DNA from: a virus
Lineage: Duplodnaviria > Caudoviricetes
Virus record (IMG/VR): IMGVR_UViG_3300021256_000078
Span: 31,238 to 95,237 of that record
Reading direction: 5' to 3' (one strand)
Length of the DNA: 64,000 bases
Each line of letters starts with the position of its first letter. The stretch's first letter is position 1. The notes under the pieces were generated by a model. That model saw nothing but the letters and a program-made list of their open reading frames with translations, was not told the DNA's origin and searched no databases. The position numbers and the translations under genes were made by a program. This document shows positions 41,401 to 50,188 of the stretch, piece after piece.

Positions 41401-43973
41401 AGGACACCCTTTGAATTCTTCGCTACCCAATTAATGTTCTTGATGATTCCGATCAGGTAACTGACCAGAGATACCTTCAGCGCCATCGAGATAGCCTTGA
41501 AAATATCAGCGAAGGTAATGCTGGATACAAAACCTTTCAGACTGGTCCACGCTTGCTTCAAAAGTTCAATGATACCGCTTGGATCGACACCCTTCGCAAA
41601 CGCATCCTTCAGAACGTCTCTGAGGATACTGAAAGACTCTGCAACGCTGGCAATATTGGGTTTCAAATTTTGGAACCATATTGCGACTTTTTCCCAAATG
41701 ACTGCAAAGATATTGGCATCCTTAAAGGTATCCTTAATCTCCTGGAATTTATTATTGATAACCGGAAATACCGAAACCAGCCTTTCAACTCCCGCCATAA
41801 TAAGTCCAAACGGAATGAGCAGAAACTGAAGACCCGAAGTAATTTTCGAAAGCCATGCCGGCTTTTCCAGATGCTTGAACCAGATCTCAAAACTCTCAAG
41901 TGCTCCGGCAATACCATTTCTACCAAATCCCGTTCTCAGCACAAAAAACAGCTGCTGAAGTTTGTTCGTAAATGGATCAATCTTTTCGAATATTCCGATG
42001 AGCGCCGGTCCCATAATGGTAAGCAGCAGATCTCCAACTTCCATCAGTGATGGAATGATTCCAGACAGTGCGCCTCGAACAACCTCCAGGGCTGAAGCAA
42101 CGTTTCCATTAGACAGCAATGCGTCAACAAGAACATTGAGTGCATAAGCAACTCTTAATATAAAGGATATCGCAGTACCAAGAACCTTAAGTCCGGCCTT
42201 CAGTATGGTGAACAATGTTTTAAAGATCGCTTTCAGCCCTTTGCCGGCTTCTTCTGAAAGTCCGAGTCCACTTGTAAACTCTTTTAAACGCCGTGTCAGG
42301 TCAATTAATGTAACACCATCTACGCCGAAGACTTCACTAAAGGCTTCTTTAATCGGATCCGTCACACTGTGAATTGCATCGATAATGTCCCAGAACGCAC
42401 CCTGGAATTCCTCAACCTGTTTCTCTCCGAATTCATCGATATATTCGACGTTTTTCTTCCCAAGAAGATAATCCCGTCCGGTATTGCCAAGCTCATCAAA
42501 AGTCGTCGCCCATTCCTTAAGAACTTTGTTTCGTTTATTCCCACCAGAGGCGAATATTTCCCAAAGTTCTCCCGTGACATCTGTCCAGAACTGTTTTGCC
42601 TGCAAGTAGTCACCGAAAATCAGTTTAAAGGTCTGCATCCAGCCAGAACTGACGGCGTCCTTGGTTGCTTCCAGGGCATCTGTCCAGGTTTTTGCTTCCT
42701 GGCCCATTCTAAAGCCCAGCTCACCGGACTCAAACTGCCATCCGATGGCATTAAGATCTTCCAGGATTTTCTGAAATTGCTCTTCTGTAACCTTTGCTTC
42801 ATCTGCCCAGCCTGCCAGATTAAATGCTTTTGCGTCTATTGTTCCATTTAGAAATTCACGATACTTACTCAAGGCATCAAGAATACCACTGGCCTCAAGA
42901 TCCGTATTCTGCGTAGCTAAATATAATTGATTCGAGAATTCTCCATAACGCTTAAAGACTTCGGTCATGACTTCTGTGTCAAACCATTTGTCTTTCAGAC
43001 TCTCGCGGAAATTTGTGGCCGTAATCAGTGAATCCTTGACAGTCGCGTCAAATTCCTCAACAGACTGTTTTCCGCCAAAGGTCAGGTGATAGAGACCGTC
43101 TTCTGCCAATTGCAGCTCTGACTGTAATTCTGAGGCATCGGCGGCCATGTATCCGATCATGGACTCATCGTCACCGTACTGAACTTTTACAAACTTATTA
43201 AGTTCTGCAGCAACATCCAAAACGTTCTGCTTGAACTCGAGGGTTCCCATGTTGGCGTTTTCGATGGATTTCCAGTCCATAAGCTGCATATAGCCCTGAC
43301 CCATGGCCTGTGAAATGTTATACATTGCTCTGGAAACTTCCGCCGGTTTCGCGCCCGCCGAAGCACCCCATGAAGCAATACCCATCATTGACTGAAAAGC
43401 ATCGTCAACCTTTACACCAGCAGACAGAAACTTACCGACATTGCTCGCCATATCTGTGAAACTGTAGGAAGTCTCATCGGTATACCAGAGCATCTTTTCA
43501 AGTTGGGCATTGACATACTTCATCTGATCGCTCTGGTCTTTCCAGCCTAGTCCGGATGATTCATCGCCGATCAGATCTCTGGTGGCCGCCATGATCGTCT
43601 GTGTGGCCTCGATCATTTGCTCATATTTATCGAAGCCTGCTCCAACCTGTCCAATGGTAAGGTCCTTAACGGTTTTGGTCGCGAAATTATAAACGCTGTC
43701 CGTCAGATTTTCGATGACTCGCTTACCGATGACTTCCATCGCGCTAAACGAATTTCCGACTTTCTCGATGGCCGTTGTCATGGGGCTCGCGTCAAATTTG
43801 TTAACCTGATCCGCCAGATCGGAAATAGCGCTGTTTTTCGGTGTCTTTAAATTAAGTGCCTTTTCCAGCTTTTCGAGTGTACTGATGGTAGTTTTCGCGC
43901 CTCGTTCAAACTGCTGGTTGTCGATCCGCATTTCTACGATGCGTTCGTCAACGTTTCTGGTTCCGCTCGGCAT
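38433..43973 (-). CDS. tape measure protein
   Basis: About 1846 aa, helical, hydrophobic repeats, HSPSR motif. Confidence 0.93.
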   Translation of the reverse strand: MPSGTRNVDERIVEMRIDNQQFERGAKTTISTLEKLEKALNLKTPKNSAISDLADQVNKFDASPMTTAIEKVGNSFSAMEVIGKRVIENLTDSVYNFATKTVKDLTIGQVGAGFDKYEQMIEATQTIMAATRDLIGDESSGLGWKDQSDQMKYVNAQLEKMLWYTDETSYSFTDMASNVGKFLSAGVKVDDAFQSMMGIASWGASAGAKPAEVSRAMYNISQAMGQGYMQLMDWKSIENANMGTLEFKQNVLDVAAELNKFVKVQYGDDESMIGYMAADASELQSELQLAEDGLYHLTFGGKQSVEEFDATVKDSLITATNFRESLKDKWFDTEVMTEVFKRYGEFSNQLYLATQNTDLEASGILDALSKYREFLNGTIDAKAFNLAGWADEAKVTEEQFQKILEDLNAIGWQFESGELGFRMGQEAKTWTDALEATKDAVSSGWMQTFKLIFGDYLQAKQFWTDVTGELWEIFASGGNKRNKVLKEWATTFDELGNTGRDYLLGKKNVEYIDEFGEKQVEEFQGAFWDIIDAIHSVTDPIKEAFSEVFGVDGVTLIDLTRRLKEFTSGLGLSEEAGKGLKAIFKTLFTILKAGLKVLGTAISFILRVAYALNVLVDALLSNGNVASALEVVRGALSGIIPSLMEVGDLLLTIMGPALIGIFEKIDPFTNKLQQLFFVLRTGFGRNGIAGALESFEIWFKHLEKPAWLSKITSGLQFLLIPFGLIMAGVERLVSVFPVINNKFQEIKDTFKDANIFAVIWEKVAIWFQNLKPNIASVAESFSILRDVLKDAFAKGVDPSGIIELLKQAWTSLKGFVSSITFADIFKAISMALKVSLVSYLIGIIKNINWVAKNSKGVLESVSGMFGSIEDTFVAMQDSIKANILIKLAVAIGLLAGALFLLSKVPTDKLVVATVALGGILFLMQKLMKGGGLSLFSEENVNKNFKGILNGATINLLPKLAANLLGLAAVIGVLAHAIVSFKKNDVGWMDIVKVFAAVTLIFGAAIGAMAVMKELKLDDFGKSLGLLVTMATVIYYVGKYVKSVKDVPWQNLLIALIGMGGIMAAIGFVVREGARYKKFKGDTILHVAGLIIAVALAIKMITVPVKQIGKLEIGQAIQGIIGVGVLLVALGGMMTWMSKLKVENGNGLIGIAAGIVAFAFAIRLLAKPLAMIGKLEWPNILGGFVGIGLLMVALGGLASWMSQINPGKMIVTAGAMVVMAVAIDILVPAFMMIAGVVGGVIAAIPWDKLIEHVGGFGKALAYMVGFAGAMILFGIAMKLIGTGVLRFGAGALSVTGSVLVFSLAILAVAAAIHLLSDSLPQFVQALLDTFTIIKDNMTTFIEMFGLIIAGIAAAILARKLDISLAVVELIVTILTVIALKGPEILEVLRTLFTNILTFVSGLLDILVSFLVVSVISVLEALAEGLRANKAALLHAVFNVIEVILEVVAEAFLWLSRSIGKILIDIVLEPFQSIAKSITDKINSLGVVPKWMHDMFGIDDMKAPQWLTDFANFDASEFLDAGYTDATRITSEKLQEWLIPPEAETVVLNSAESLGGKVGEGFENSKSGIMEKLTGLTTDMTANLQTPETLDGFQIAGATDIKAYLSGMAGDDGGFKQIMDQFTALGKNGASTLDATVPQYYTSGENMITGLNNGITDMFNSGVLQKNVENIGQQLIGAFNGRRSLDEHSPSRKTWLSGKNFILGFTGGVSDAASEGITEVVGFGDQMVKAIMSTMAQAAYIASDEFDFSPRITPVVDMGNVSSAASYVNGAFGGSYSMSASMSNAVSRRLGEVGQIAANMSGGGNQTVNGDQITFNIYQQPGESTDALADAVISRINSKMIRRRAAFG

Positions 43974-44347
43974 TATCTCACGACCTCCTTCCATGCAGCC
44001 TCGGCAATTTTGTCAAAAACCGGCTGTATGGCCGGAGAAATGTAGTGTCTTCCTTGTACATAACCGCCCTGCCCAGTTCCATGTCCGTATTCCAGAACAA
44101 CGGCAATCGGAACGCCTTCATTCATATTGGAGTTCGTCCAGAAAATCGAAACCCGGTCTTTTTCCTTGACAATTTCGTAATTCCAGGCATCGGCGGTTCT
44201 TCCCGTGTCAATCGGGGTGGCGGAGGAAAGAGCCTGAACCCCCTCCTCCGCGTATTTTGTCAGGATACTGTAGAAGTCCAGTCTCAGAATTTTCTTAATA
44301 AAGCTTCTGGTTTTCTTGAAGTTTCCTTTTACTGTGCACTGGATCAT
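43973..44347 (-). CDS. HK97 gp10-like tail completion protein
   Basis: TPIDTG, LEYGHGT..GGYVQG. Confidence 0.75.
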   Translation of the reverse strand: MIQCTVKGNFKKTRSFIKKILRLDFYSILTKYAEEGVQALSSATPIDTGRTADAWNYEIVKEKDRVSIFWTNSNMNEGVPIAVVLEYGHGTGQGGYVQGRHYISPAIQPVFDKIAEAAWKEVVR

Positions 44348-44367
44348 GGCAGTCCCTTCTTTATGTC

Positions 44368-44916
44368 TTACCCGTGAGTCTTGTACTTTGCTTTACGCTG
44401 TGCGTTCAGCGCGTTTCTCTGGCTGATCATTTCTTTTCGACCCATTTTCTTCGGCGGCTGCTTCTTAATCGATGCCACCTTGATGAGCGTCATGAGCCGG
44501 TTTAGATGCCACTTTTCGCATGGGTCGAATGGCAGTCCAAGCTCAGCCATCCAGTAATAGACAAGCTCATTGGTGATGATTTCTCTATTCGGACGCTCAT
44601 TCGGATCTTTTCGGAAAGTGGTCGCAGTCATCGGATTGTTGATGTAATCTGTGATCTCTTTCAAAGTCCGGTTATCGAGCGCCATAAAAGTTTCCGGGTT
44701 CACATTCTGTGTAATGCACATGCAACGAATGTAATCCAGAGCTTCCTCTTCTGTCTTCGCTGCCGTGGAGAGATAAGGTTTGTGCCATTTCGCCTCCCAT
44801 TTTGAAATGCTCAAAAGAGAGTGCTCCAGTATGAGCGTCGTTGGTTTGGTCGTGATGAACATGGACGTTCTCTGATCAAACATGTCTCTCCCCGGAACGG
44901 TAATGGTCAGCGGCAT
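44368..44916 (-). CDS. tail assembly chaperone-like protein
   Basis: Between the major tail and tape measure genes; EHSLLSISKWE, WHLNRL. Confidence 0.65.
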   Translation of the reverse strand: MPLTITVPGRDMFDQRTSMFITTKPTTLILEHSLLSISKWEAKWHKPYLSTAAKTEEEALDYIRCMCITQNVNPETFMALDNRTLKEITDYINNPMTATTFRKDPNERPNREIITNELVYYWMAELGLPFDPCEKWHLNRLMTLIKVASIKKQPPKKMGRKEMISQRNALNAQRKAKYKTHG

Positions 44917-44923
44917 GATTCAC

Positions 44924-45436
44924 TTATTCCTTGGCGGCCTCGATCGGAATGACATTCCCGGCGTTCCCGGAAATCTCGCCATTATCCGTAAGCAGTCCTT
45001 CATCCCTGAGCAGCTTTTCGGCCTCAGCCTGCTGCTCTTCCGTAATCTTCGGCATGGCGAACTTTCCAAATTCAGACAGGGCATCCTCATCTGTAATCAG
45101 CAGATAGATGTACTCGTCATAAGGAATCGTATCCTTAAAATCATCGATCAGCCGATGGCCGTCTTCCGCGACCTTCAGGAACTTGTTCGGATTGTCTTTC
45201 GGCCGAACGCCATAGGCCATGTCAACCAGCCGGCGGACGAAATCAATGGAGGGCTTCTTGACGAACCCATTGCGGTCTTCGATCAGTTTCTTGAAATATC
45301 CTGCGATCCCGCCGACAGTCTCGTATTCGAGGTTCAGATCGGTGATCTCCATTTTGGAAAGATTGAAATACGCCTCGCACTCCTGCATATTTCCATCGTA
45401 GTCTTCGTAATGAATAACCTTCCTTAACATTGCCAT
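44924..45436 (-). CDS. tail assembly chaperone
   Basis: YEDYDG...YFNLSK; follows the major tail gene. Confidence 0.65.
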   Translation of the reverse strand: MAMLRKVIHYEDYDGNMQECEAYFNLSKMEITDLNLEYETVGGIAGYFKKLIEDRNGFVKKPSIDFVRRLVDMAYGVRPKDNPNKFLKVAEDGHRLIDDFKDTIPYDEYIYLLITDEDALSEFGKFAMPKITEEQQAEAEKLLRDEGLLTDNGEISGNAGNVIPIEAAKE

Positions 45437-45509
45437 GTTCTCCTTTCAAATAATAAAAGAGAGGCCCTCGGTTAAGAGAGCCTCTATACAAATACAATTG
45501 GATTTTAAA

Positions 45510-46187
45510 TCAGGTAGAAAGAATGCTCATGAGCTCTTTCGGCTTGGGCAGACGTGCAGTTGTGCCTGCGGTGCCGCCGGAGCCGTCTGTGCCGTAGAGA
45601 ATGTCCTTGATCGCCTGAAATTTTGCTTCCTTGCCCTTGAAGTTGGTGGACTTGAGCTGTACATGGGCGGTGGGCTTGAATCCGGGAACTTCCTCAGGAA
45701 TTGTGTCAACTTCCCAGCTGAACTCAACCGCCTCAGGGCTGTCGTTGATGGTCTGGAAATCCTTACTGGACGGGGACGCGGTGCAGCCATACACCAGATG
45801 AATGATTTCGCCATAGTCTTCGTACTTAAGGTCATTGCCGATGGTAGTCACGTAAGAAAAGCCGAAGGGCTTGCGAGGCTGCTGGGCAACAACCATTCCG
45901 GCCACGGGTTCAGCAGTGCCGTCACAGAGCAGGAACTCATCCGGATAGGTGTAAGCCGTAATAGTAAGGCCAAAGTCTTCTCTGGCACGAATGCTGAGAT
46001 ACTTCTGGTCATCAGCATAGATCTCAGTAGCATCGCCGCCGTCGGGCTCTTCACTTACGCCGGTAAGACCGTTCCAGGCAACACCTTCCGGATAGTTGCC
46101 TTCTTCATCCTGTCTATACAGAACGCCGTTCTTGACGCCGGTTTCATAAAGCCGTTCGCCGACCTGATCCCACAATAACTTAGCCAT
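45510..46187 (-). CDS. major tail protein
   Basis: WDQVGERLYETGV, AWNGLT, YADDQKY, IHLVYG; AAGGAGG RBS. Confidence 0.9.
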   Translation of the reverse strand: MAKLLWDQVGERLYETGVKNGVLYRQDEEGNYPEGVAWNGLTGVSEEPDGGDATEIYADDQKYLSIRAREDFGLTITAYTYPDEFLLCDGTAEPVAGMVVAQQPRKPFGFSYVTTIGNDLKYEDYGEIIHLVYGCTASPSSKDFQTINDSPEAVEFSWEVDTIPEEVPGFKPTAHVQLKSTNFKGKEAKFQAIKDILYGTDGSGGTAGTTARLPKPKELMSILST

Positions 46188-46200
46188 TGGGGTATCCTCC

Positions 46201-46536
46201 TTAATAGTAAAGTGTAAACGGGAAGTGGTATAAATTGTCCCGCACAAAATCCCTTCCGGGACTGATCATGCGGAAATGCTCCAGAATCTTTCGCGGAAAC
46301 TCCGATTCGATGTCCCGCGTAATGAAGGTCACATCATACTGAGTCTGCACGTTATACGAATAGTTGTTGGCTCTTCGTACATCGTAGCCCTGCCGGTTAT
46401 AGACGATGCAGGGATACTTCAGTTTGATCGATTCCGGAGGCTGAAAGTAAATATGAACGGTACTGAAATTTTCCCGAAGCAGGGTCCTCAGTTCCTCATC
46501 CAGCATCAGGCGTCGGTCCATTGTAGATCCCTCCAA
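46201..46536 (-). CDS. tail terminator-like protein
   Basis: YFQPPES.KLKYPCIVY; position. Confidence 0.7.
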   Translation of the reverse strand: MEGSTMDRRLMLDEELRTLLRENFSTVHIYFQPPESIKLKYPCIVYNRQGYDVRRANNYSYNVQTQYDVTFITRDIESEFPRKILEHFRMISPGRDFVRDNLYHFPFTLYY

Positions 46537-46831
46537 ACGATATCCGAAGTCTTGGGTATTCGACTGTCACACTCTGCACTTCCCACAAAGTGTTCATGAA
46601 CTCGATATACCGCATGGAAGAGAAGTGGTTGAGCGCGTAAGGATCCGCCACAATGGAAATATCATTGTTGATACCGAAATCGTCAGTAGGCTTGTCGGCT
46701 CCCTGTGTCCGCATGAAATGCTTAAACAGTTCCCCAGCATAATACCGTTCCTCGATCACCGGCTGAAATACGCTCGGCCTCACCTCAACGTCCTCTCTGA
46801 CAAAGCCGATTTTTCCGTAGAATTTTGGCAT
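46496..46831 (-). CDS. head closure / head-tail joining protein
   Basis: KFYGKIGF, ISIVADPYA, YPRL; follows the capsid gene. Confidence 0.7.
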   Translation of the reverse strand: MPKFYGKIGFVREDVEVRPSVFQPVIEERYYAGELFKHFMRTQGADKPTDDFGINNDISIVADPYALNHFSSMRYIEFMNTLWEVQSVTVEYPRLRISFGGIYNGPTPDAG

Positions 46832-46889
46832 GGTCTCACTTCTCTCCCATTTTGATTTTAATTAGATGCGACTAACTCCCTGGTAAAAA

Positions 46890-48782
46890 TCAGGAGACCT
46901 CTTCCTCGAGAACGATCGCGGAGTAGATGCGGGTATTCGCGCCGGAAACACGGGTCTCGATCAGGGACTTGTTCTGGTTGAAGTCGATATCGAAGTCGGT
47001 GAAGTGGGTAATCTCCCCACCCTTGGTGCTGCCCAGAGCGTAGTCGTTCAGGTTCACCAGGATAGCCAGCAGCTTGTAGGTCTTAGCGGAAGCACCTTCG
47101 CCGACGGTGCGGGTCTTGTTCTGGAACTCGGGAACGTTGTACACGTTGGTGGCCTCGAGGGCGCTCATGAGCTCGTTCTTGTTGTTGTACAGACGGCGGC
47201 CATTGAGGTCCTTCGCCAGCAGCATCTTGTTGTAGAAGCTCTGCTCACAGAACATTTCCAGAGCGCCGGAGCCGCGGTAGTCGACCTTCGCATCAAGGAT
47301 GGCTTCCTCAGCAGCCTGCGCATACAGGTAGCCGGGGCCGAAATTCGCGCTGGTGTTGCTGCCGTTGGAGGCGGCGGACACATTGAGGGTCTTATAGATG
47401 GTGAACAGGCTTGCATCACCCCAGATCGGACGGATGTTCTCGGGATTGATCTTGTCGGCGGCTGCGCTGTCACGGCCGTCACCGATCAGAATCGCACGAG
47501 CCAGCTCCTTCTCAAGCTGCATGCGGTCGATCTTGTACTGGTAATCGACATAGTCGAAGTCGGTGATGTCCACGATGTCATCACGGTTCAGAGCACTGCG
47601 GACATACACGGTCTGCGGGGAGGTAGTACGCTTGGCAACATTGTACTGGCCGGCGAGGATCTTCTCATTGCCCTTCTGATAGCCCTTGGCACGGATTGTC
47701 TCGATCTCACGAAGGTCAACCTGGCTGGTGCGGATGCGGCTGAACGGACTTCTGTGAACCTTATTCAGAACGTCCTTGACCCAGGCCTGGTCATTGGTGA
47801 CGAGCTCCGGGGCGCCGGGGCGAACGTCATGCCACTCGGGGAACAGAGCGTCAACTGCGGCAGGCTCTCCACTGACAGGATAGGAACCGAAACCGCTGAC
47901 TGCAGCGAGGCCATCATGGGAAAGGCTGTTCTCGTCACAGTAAGCGCTGAGGGCTTCCTTCAGGCTGCCGTACTTTTTGGCGACGGCGAGAATGTTCTCT
48001 TCGTCGGCATGGGAAATATAAGCTGCATTGTCCATCGTCGGGACTCCTTCAAAAGCATTGTAGTTCATGGGATAACCTCCAAAATCATTATGTTCGACGG
48101 CGTCATCGTCGTCATCGTCGGAACCGCCGGCTTCTGCAGCGGCCTCTGCTACAAGGTAGGAAAGCACCTTGAGCTGGTCGTCATCCATACTGTCGATGAC
48201 ATCTTGTACGGTTTTTTCTTCGTCCATGATTTCTTCTCCTTCATCATTGTCGATAACTTCTTCTGCGAAATCATCCTTGTCGAGGCCTTCATCTGTGTCC
48301 TCGTGATAGAATTCAAGGCCGTAGTCGTCACCGACATAAATGTAAGCTTCATCAAACAGAGTGTCGCCTCCATCGGAATGCGCCATCACAGGCGAGACGA
48401 TCTGAGCCCCGATGTTCGCACCGGCCAGCACCAGACTGACTTCCTTGATAACGCCGTGGAGTACGTCTCCGCCTCTCTGCTTCAGGTGATTTGCCCAAAT
48501 AGAGAGAGAAGAGACATCACCGTGATCCACATCTTCTTTTGCGGAACGGGCTGCCTCTCCGTCATTGAAATATCCATATGCAAAAACGCCTTCCGGACGA
48601 TTCTCCAGATAGGCGTGGCCGAGCACCATGCTCGGATCGTCGTGATTGTGACCCCAGACAAGAGGGACCTTTTCCCCATCCTGTCCGGCGAAGGCATCAC
48701 GGCGGATTGTGCGGCCGTCGGAACACCGAATGTCGTTTCGAGTTGCCCAGCCGCAAAAGTCATAGCCTTTATACTTTGCCAT
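46890..48782 (-). CDS. fused prohead protease-scaffold-major capsid protein
   Basis: VPLVWGHNH..LGHA, SLSI, EVSLVLAGAN (HK97-type protease), acidic linker, then a capsid domain. Confidence 0.9.
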   Translation of the reverse strand: MAKYKGYDFCGWATRNDIRCSDGRTIRRDAFAGQDGEKVPLVWGHNHDDPSMVLGHAYLENRPEGVFAYGYFNDGEAARSAKEDVDHGDVSSLSIWANHLKQRGGDVLHGVIKEVSLVLAGANIGAQIVSPVMAHSDGGDTLFDEAYIYVGDDYGLEFYHEDTDEGLDKDDFAEEVIDNDEGEEIMDEEKTVQDVIDSMDDDQLKVLSYLVAEAAAEAGGSDDDDDDAVEHNDFGGYPMNYNAFEGVPTMDNAAYISHADEENILAVAKKYGSLKEALSAYCDENSLSHDGLAAVSGFGSYPVSGEPAAVDALFPEWHDVRPGAPELVTNDQAWVKDVLNKVHRSPFSRIRTSQVDLREIETIRAKGYQKGNEKILAGQYNVAKRTTSPQTVYVRSALNRDDIVDITDFDYVDYQYKIDRMQLEKELARAILIGDGRDSAAADKINPENIRPIWGDASLFTIYKTLNVSAASNGSNTSANFGPGYLYAQAAEEAILDAKVDYRGSGALEMFCEQSFYNKMLLAKDLNGRRLYNNKNELMSALEATNVYNVPEFQNKTRTVGEGASAKTYKLLAILVNLNDYALGSTKGGEITHFTDFDIDFNQNKSLIETRVSGANTRIYSAIVLEEEVS

Positions 48783-48844
48783 AGCTGTCAGGCCCTCCTG
48801 TATTGTTTGCTTCGTCTCCCATTTTGATTCGGAAACCTTTCATC

Positions 48845-50182
48845 TCATTCCGGGTATTCTTCATATCCTTCATCCTCCACCGGCTCTTCTTCTCCGTTCA
48901 TGCCGCTCATCGCTTCCTCCGGGCTCATGCCCATGGCGTCCAGCTGGTCACGGGACGGAAGTACCGGAGCTCCGCCCATTCCCATATCCGGCATGTTCGG
49001 GTTTCTCAGTTCATCGGCGCCTTCCTGATCAGAGGGCTTAAATCCGAGAATACCGCGCATTTCGTTTGCCGTAAGGATCTGGTTGCGGATCATCTTATCT
49101 CCAAGATCTGCGACATTGTTGATTGTCACAAACCGGAACGGATCTCTGAAGAACATAATGGTATGACCGCGGGTTCTGGCGTTCTTAGTCAGCCATTTAC
49201 GGCGTATCTCTTCTACCAGTGTAGTCAGAAGCGGTTCGATAATATTGTTGGTGTAATTCAGCTCGTTTGTCTCATTGGCATTGCCGTTGAGAATCTCAGG
49301 ACTGACGCCAAGCTGATCCATAAGCTGCTTCTGTAACCCCTCTACCTGAGATGACAGATTGTTTTCAAGAGGGTGCCCAAGCTGAATGATTTTTTCCGTC
49401 GCATCGATATAGGCGATTCCATACTTGGAATTATTCAGCTGCATTTCGATATCCTTTTTGCGCTGTTCGGCACGTTCAACCTGCGTCTGGTGCCGTGTCG
49501 CATAGGGAAGCTGAACAATCATGTCCAGTTTGCCGGAGGCCGTCTTTTCATCGATCTGATCCAGAAGCGCCAGCTTTCGTTTATACCGCTGCATAATGGA
49601 GTTCGGCGCATTCATAATCTCGTAAAACGGATTTCTCAGAATCAGGCACATGCTCTTTTTCATATTGATCTGCTGCTTTTCACAGGTCTGCTGATTAAAG
49701 ACTTCCACATCGATGGAATCTGAGTGCCAGTCCTTGATTTTACCGACACGGGCTGTTCCGATGGTGTCCACGGTCATCGTGGTGTAATTAATATCTGCAT
49801 CGATCGGAACAACGGCGATATAGCCCTCATCCAGAAGAGATGCGAAAATATCCTGTCGGAATTCCCGTGCGGCCTGATCCGGATTTGCTTCGACATTAAA
49901 GAGGTCGTTCAGGGCATCGTTGATGTTGTCCTGATAGTGACCTTCCTGATCGATGACGATATGCCGGATCTCAACCTGTGATGCGTCAACAGAGATACGA
50001 TTTAAAATGGGCGCAATAATAGACCGTTCGCTTCCCGCCGAGTAGCGTCTGCGATCCGGTCTGTAACTGCCGCCGAAGCTGTAATAGGACCCCATGGAAG
50101 TTGTTGCCAGCGTGGGGTCTTTGTTTCGAAAGGCGTTCCAAGCCTTTTGGATTCGTTCACCCAATGTGGGCAATGGAATCAC
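48845..50182 (-). CDS. portal protein
   Basis: NRISVD, LTANEMRGILG, ADELRN; precedes the capsid gene. Confidence 0.9.
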   Translation of the reverse strand: MIPLPTLGERIQKAWNAFRNKDPTLATTSMGSYYSFGGSYRPDRRRYSAGSERSIIAPILNRISVDASQVEIRHIVIDQEGHYQDNINDALNDLFNVEANPDQAAREFRQDIFASLLDEGYIAVVPIDADINYTTMTVDTIGTARVGKIKDWHSDSIDVEVFNQQTCEKQQINMKKSMCLILRNPFYEIMNAPNSIMQRYKRKLALLDQIDEKTASGKLDMIVQLPYATRHQTQVERAEQRKKDIEMQLNNSKYGIAYIDATEKIIQLGHPLENNLSSQVEGLQKQLMDQLGVSPEILNGNANETNELNYTNNIIEPLLTTLVEEIRRKWLTKNARTRGHTIMFFRDPFRFVTINNVADLGDKMIRNQILTANEMRGILGFKPSDQEGADELRNPNMPDMGMGGAPVLPSRDQLDAMGMSPEEAMSGMNGEEEPVEDEGYEEYPE

Positions 50183-50188
50183 CTCCGT

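Noticed and set aside
44368-45436. Programmed frameshift between the tail chaperones
   Set aside because: No clear slippery heptamer seen; the second gene has its own AAGGA RBS and ATG
47004-48827. 607-aa + strand ORF
   Set aside because: Antisense shadow of the codon-biased capsid gene; no RBS or recognisable motifs
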